64,000 nt of DNA, taken from NCBI GenBank assembly GCA_043228905.1, contig JBHGNT010000010.1:14198001-14262000 (forward strand), written 5' to 3'. The stretch comes from Azolla caroliniana. Lineage: Eukaryota; Plantae; Polypodiophyta. The notes beneath the pieces were generated by a model that was given only the letters and a program-made list of their open reading frames with translations, did not search any database and had not been told where the DNA came from. How positions within the stretch are numbered: the stretch's first letter is position 1; each line of letters begins with the position of its first letter. Both the position numbers and the translations under genes were made by a program. This document shows positions 59,722 to 64,000 of the stretch, one piece after another.

Positions 59722-62700
59722 TGTTGGGAAACAGGTTCCTCCGGATGGGAAATCGGATGGTGCAGGCCCGGTGTGAACCGGATGAGGAGTATCCGGCTAC
59801 GGAGAGCCGGATGGTGCAGGCCCGGTGTGAACCGGATGAGTACTCGGCTACGGAGAGCCGGATGGTGCAGGCCCGGTGTGAACCAGATGAGGAGTACCCG
59901 GCTACGGAGAGCCGGATGGTGCAGGCCCGGTGTGAACCGGATGAGGAGTACCCGGCTACGGAGAGTCGGATGGTGCAGAACCGGTGAGAACCGGAGGAAG
60001 AGACATATTCGTAAATATGTTTCTGAGAGCCCATCGAGGCTATATTTGTAAATAGCCGAAAAGTCATATTAGTATAAATATGACTTAGGGCAAACTTTTG
60101 GTTGTGGTTGTCATTTTCTCGTTGGTGCAAGAAGAAGAGGAGACTACGCAACGTTGTACAGAGAGAGAGAGAGAAAGAGGTCGCTGCCTCTGTTGTAACC
60201 GCCACCTGTGGCGAAGATCGTGAGTCCGAGGTCGTTGCCTCCGTGAACTCACTGTTTTGTACATTCTTACATAGTGACAGTTTGCAGCCTGTGGGCTGTC
60301 GTGGTTTTTTCCCCTAGTTTGGGGTTTTCCACGTAAACCTCCTGTGTAATTTTTCCTCTTCTTTGTGTCGCGTCTTATTACCTGTTTTCTGTGTATCATT
60401 CTAAGCTTTGTTGTGGCCGAGCGTTGCGCATAAGGAACGACCAGTTCCCGTCAAGTGGTATCAGAGCGAGACGACACAGAGAATGGACGAATCGTTTGGC
60501 GGCATGTTCAAGCTCACCGGCTCCAACTACTTAGTGTGGAAGTCGAAGATGAGGGACATGCTCGTGGTTAAAGACCTCTGGCTGCCGGTTCAATTCGGGG
60601 ACAAGAGACCGGACAAAATCGACGCCGCAATATGGGAGGTGATGCACATGAAGACAATGGCGTACATACGGTACTTCATCGACATGAGCCTGTACAACAA
60701 CTTCAATGAAGAGAGAAAGGCTCATGAGCTCTGGGAGAAGATCGGCATAATGTTTCAAAACAAAAATGTTGTTAACCAGGTTTCGGTATTCCAGAAGCTA
60801 GTAAGACTCCGGTACCAAGATGGCTCTAGCATGGCGGAGCATATGAATGCCTTCCAGGGGCTGATACACCAGGCAACGTCATTGGAAGTACCTCTTGCCG
60901 ATGAGGTACTAGCACTACTGCTGCTCGGTTCCCTCCCGGATAGCTGGGAGACGTTGGTTGTCACTTTGGGCAACGCCAGACCGGAAGGAAAACGGTTATC
61001 TCTAGCAAGAGTAAAGTCGAGCTTGCTAGATGAGGAGGCACGTTGGAAGGATAAAGATACGAGCTCCGACTCCAAAGCGCTCCTTACCGAATCGGAACGC
61101 GGAAGACATAGAAACCGTAGTCCCCTAGAAGTCAAGGGGGGGGCCCACTTGCTTCTATTGCGGCAAGCCGGGTCACTTCCAAAAGAACTGTCGGCATTTC
61201 CGTAAAGACAAGGAAACCGACGGTACCGATTCGAAGCAAACCCCGGACCGGAACGGTAAAGACCGGTGGGGACCGAACCGGAAGGGAACAACGGCAATCG
61301 CGGCAAGTGAAGAAGAGTTGATGCTCATCACCGAGGAGTGTGAGATAAACCTTGCCGGCGACGAGATGACCTGGGTGGTAGACTCCGGAGCGTCGTTCCA
61401 CCTTACCCCGGACCGGAAATGCTTCTCATCCTACTCAGCTAGTGATCACGGCTGTGTCCGGATGGGGAATGAAGGGACATGCCGAATTGTCGGCATGGGA
61501 GACGTGTAGCTGACAACACCAACCGGATGCAAGTTGCTGCTGAAGGATGTCCGACACGTTCCGGAAGTTCGTCTGAACCTGATATCAGCCGGTTGGCTAG
61601 ATGATGAAGGCTACACGGGTAGCATCCGGAACGGTGTCATGAAGTTCAGCAAAGGGAGCCTGATTGTGGCTCGGGCCCAGAAGGTAAACACACTGTACTT
61701 GATGAATGCCCGGTTATGTCCGGAAGAAGTGAACGTGGCTTCCGACACCGCCGGTGAGCTGTGGCACAAGAGGCTGTGTCATATGAGCGAGAAGGGGATG
61801 AAGAGGCTTGCAGACGACAACCTCATTCTAGTGAACAATGTGCACTTAGAGAAGTGCACTAATTGTCTGGCCGGTAAGCAGAACCGGACCTCCTTCCGAC
61901 CAAGGCCACCGATGAGACGTAATGCACCACTGGAGTTGGTGCATACAGATGTGTGTCAAGTAGACACGAAGTCACATGCTGGAGCGCAGTACTTCGTGAC
62001 GTTCATAGATGACCATAGCCGGAAGCTGTGGGCCACACCGCTGAAGACGAAGGATCAGGTGCTATCCGTCTTCAAAGAGCTCCACGCGAGAGTGGAAAGA
62101 GAAACCGGCCGGAAGCTGAAGGCGGTTCAAGTAGATAACGGAGGAGAGTACCGGGGGCAGTTCGAGGAGTACTGTCGCTCGAAGGGAATCCGGCTCGAAT
62201 TTACCGTGCCAAAGACGCCGGAACTAAACGGACTGGCCGAGAGGATGAACCGGACCATAATGGAGAGGGTCCGGAGTATGCTAGCGCATGCAAATCTACC
62301 CAAGAAGTTTTGGGCTAAGGCACTGTCGACGGCGACATATGTGATAAATAGATCACCCTCAGTACCCTTGGACGGAGACACGCCACAGAGAGTGTGGACC
62401 GGTAAGGAGGTCTCCTACCGGCATCTGAAGGTGTTCGGGTGTCTCGCGTACGTGCATGTAGCTACGGACCGGAGAGGAAAGTTAGATCCAAAGACCCAGC
62501 CATGCATATTCCTCGGTTACGGTGATGATGAGTTCGGCTACCGAGTGTGGGACCTGGTCGACAAGAAGGTATTCCGGAGTCGAGATATTATCTTCATTGA
62601 GAACAAGACGCTCGCCGACTGGGAGTCGGAGAAGAAGATAATGAACTCCGAGTCGACCGAAAAGGATAGACTCTGCGATGAGCAGACCCAACCAGCAAGA

Positions 62701-64000
62701 GACCGGTTAGCACTCGAGGAACCAGCCGGTTACGGTGAGGATACCGAACCGGCAGAAGAAGTAGAGGAAGCTGAGACTGGAACCGGCCAAGACCCCGAAT
62801 CAGATTCGGATGAAGAGCAAATGGATGAGCCGGTCACCGAAGCCCAGAGATGGAGATATCCTCTCAGAAAGAGAAGGGCCCCCCGGAGATTTCCGGATGC
62901 AGAGCATGTTTTGCTGACCGATGAAGGGGAGCCGGAAAGCTTCAAAGAAGCGAAGGATGACACCCACGGCCGAAAATGGTTAAGTGCCATGCCGGATGAG
63001 ATGGATTCCCTGCATGAGAACCATACATACGAATTGGTGGAGTTGCCGAAAGGAAACCGGGCACTCCGAAACAAGTGGGTGTACAAGTTGAAACCGGGAG
63101 ATGCCGGCAACCCCCCGAGATACAAAGCCAGGATCGTGGTGAAGGGGTTCCAGCAGAAGAAGGGTGTGGACTTTGACGAGATATTTGCCCTGGTAGTAAA
63201 GATGACCTCCATCCGGACGGTGCTGAGTATAGCAGCAAGCATGGACCTCGAGGTAGAGCAGCTGGACGTGAAGACGGCATTCCTTCACGGCGACCTCGAA
63301 GAGGAGATCTACATGCAGCAACCGGAAGGATTCATGGAGAAAGGGAAAGAGCACCTGGTATGCCGGTTGAAGAAGAGCCTGTATGGACTGAAGCAGGCTC
63401 CCCGACAATGGTACCGGAAGTTCGACTCCTTCATGACTGATCAAGGTTACCACAAGACGCAGGCCGATCACTGCGGGTTTGTGAAGAAGTTGGAAGGAAG
63501 CGACTTCTTGATACTCCTTCTGTACGTGGATGACATGTTGATCGTCGGACGTGACCAAGTCAAAATACGGACGCTGAAGAAGGCTCTCAACCGGACCTTC
63601 TCAATGAAAGACTTGGGTCCGGCAAGACAGATGTTGGGGATGCACATCATCCAGAACCGGTCAGCGAAGCAATTATGGCTGTCACAGGAGAAGTATGTGA
63701 CAAAGGTGCTTCACCGGTTCAACATGTCAGAAGCGAAACCGGTCGGATCGACACTTCCGGCAAACTGCAGGCTATCCGGTAAGCAAAGCCCGAAGAAGAA
63801 AGCAGAGAAGGCGGATATGATGAAGATTCCATATGCCTCTGCCGTCGGGAGCTTGATGTATGCAATGGTGTGTACCCGACCGGACATAGGATACGCAGTC
63901 GAAGTGGTGAGCCGGTTTATGAGCAATCCCGGCAAGGAGCACTGGAACGCGGTCAAATGGATACTCCGGTATTTGAAGGGCACTTCAAATATGTGTCTCC
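59722..64000 (+). mobile_element. Copia E2 (Tork-like), running off the window
   Basis: LTR 59722-60453, PBS TGGTATCAGAGC at 60456, gag MDESFGGMFKLTGSNY at 60483, WVVDSGAS, integrase and RT (YVDD). There is a frameshift near 61125 and a stop near 61507. Confidence 0.93.
59742..59998 (+). repeat. 54-bp tandem array (about 4.5 units, one of 51 bp) in the E2 LTR
   Basis: Same unit family as 13427-13897. Confidence 0.92.

Overview
This window is a gene-free, densely nested cluster of transposable elements from a plant genome. A non-seed plant such as a moss is inferred from the lineage mix, the plant tRNA primer sites and the CG/CHG-type decay. No host gene is visible. Left to right: (1) the 3' end of a chromodomain Gypsy (1-684); (2) a minus-strand Copia, A1, split by a young full-length Athila-like Gypsy (844-10686) that carries a 899-aa extra ORF; (3) Copia B1 containing a repeat-bearing solo LTR; (4) a solo LTR and a LINE remnant; (5) three copies of a tRNA-Trp-primed, fungal-like Gypsy family C that makes 4-bp TSDs, forming the nest Copia A2 > C0 (28171-46202) > C1 (30334-44459) > chromovirus D (33408-40517); (6) Tork-like Copia E copies, a second LINE, and Copia B2. 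The strongest signals are a conserved -1 frameshift site (G GAU UUU plus an H-type pseudoknot with covariation) between protease and RT in family C, and a 641-bp TGT..ACA long-TIR element whose ends and CpG-centred 4-bp TSD match family C (Ginger-like). Also notable are tRNA-like Pol III box A/B modules inside two LTRs and seven insertions clustered around the Copia integrase N-terminus. All coordinates were read by eye and lineage names are inferences from motifs.
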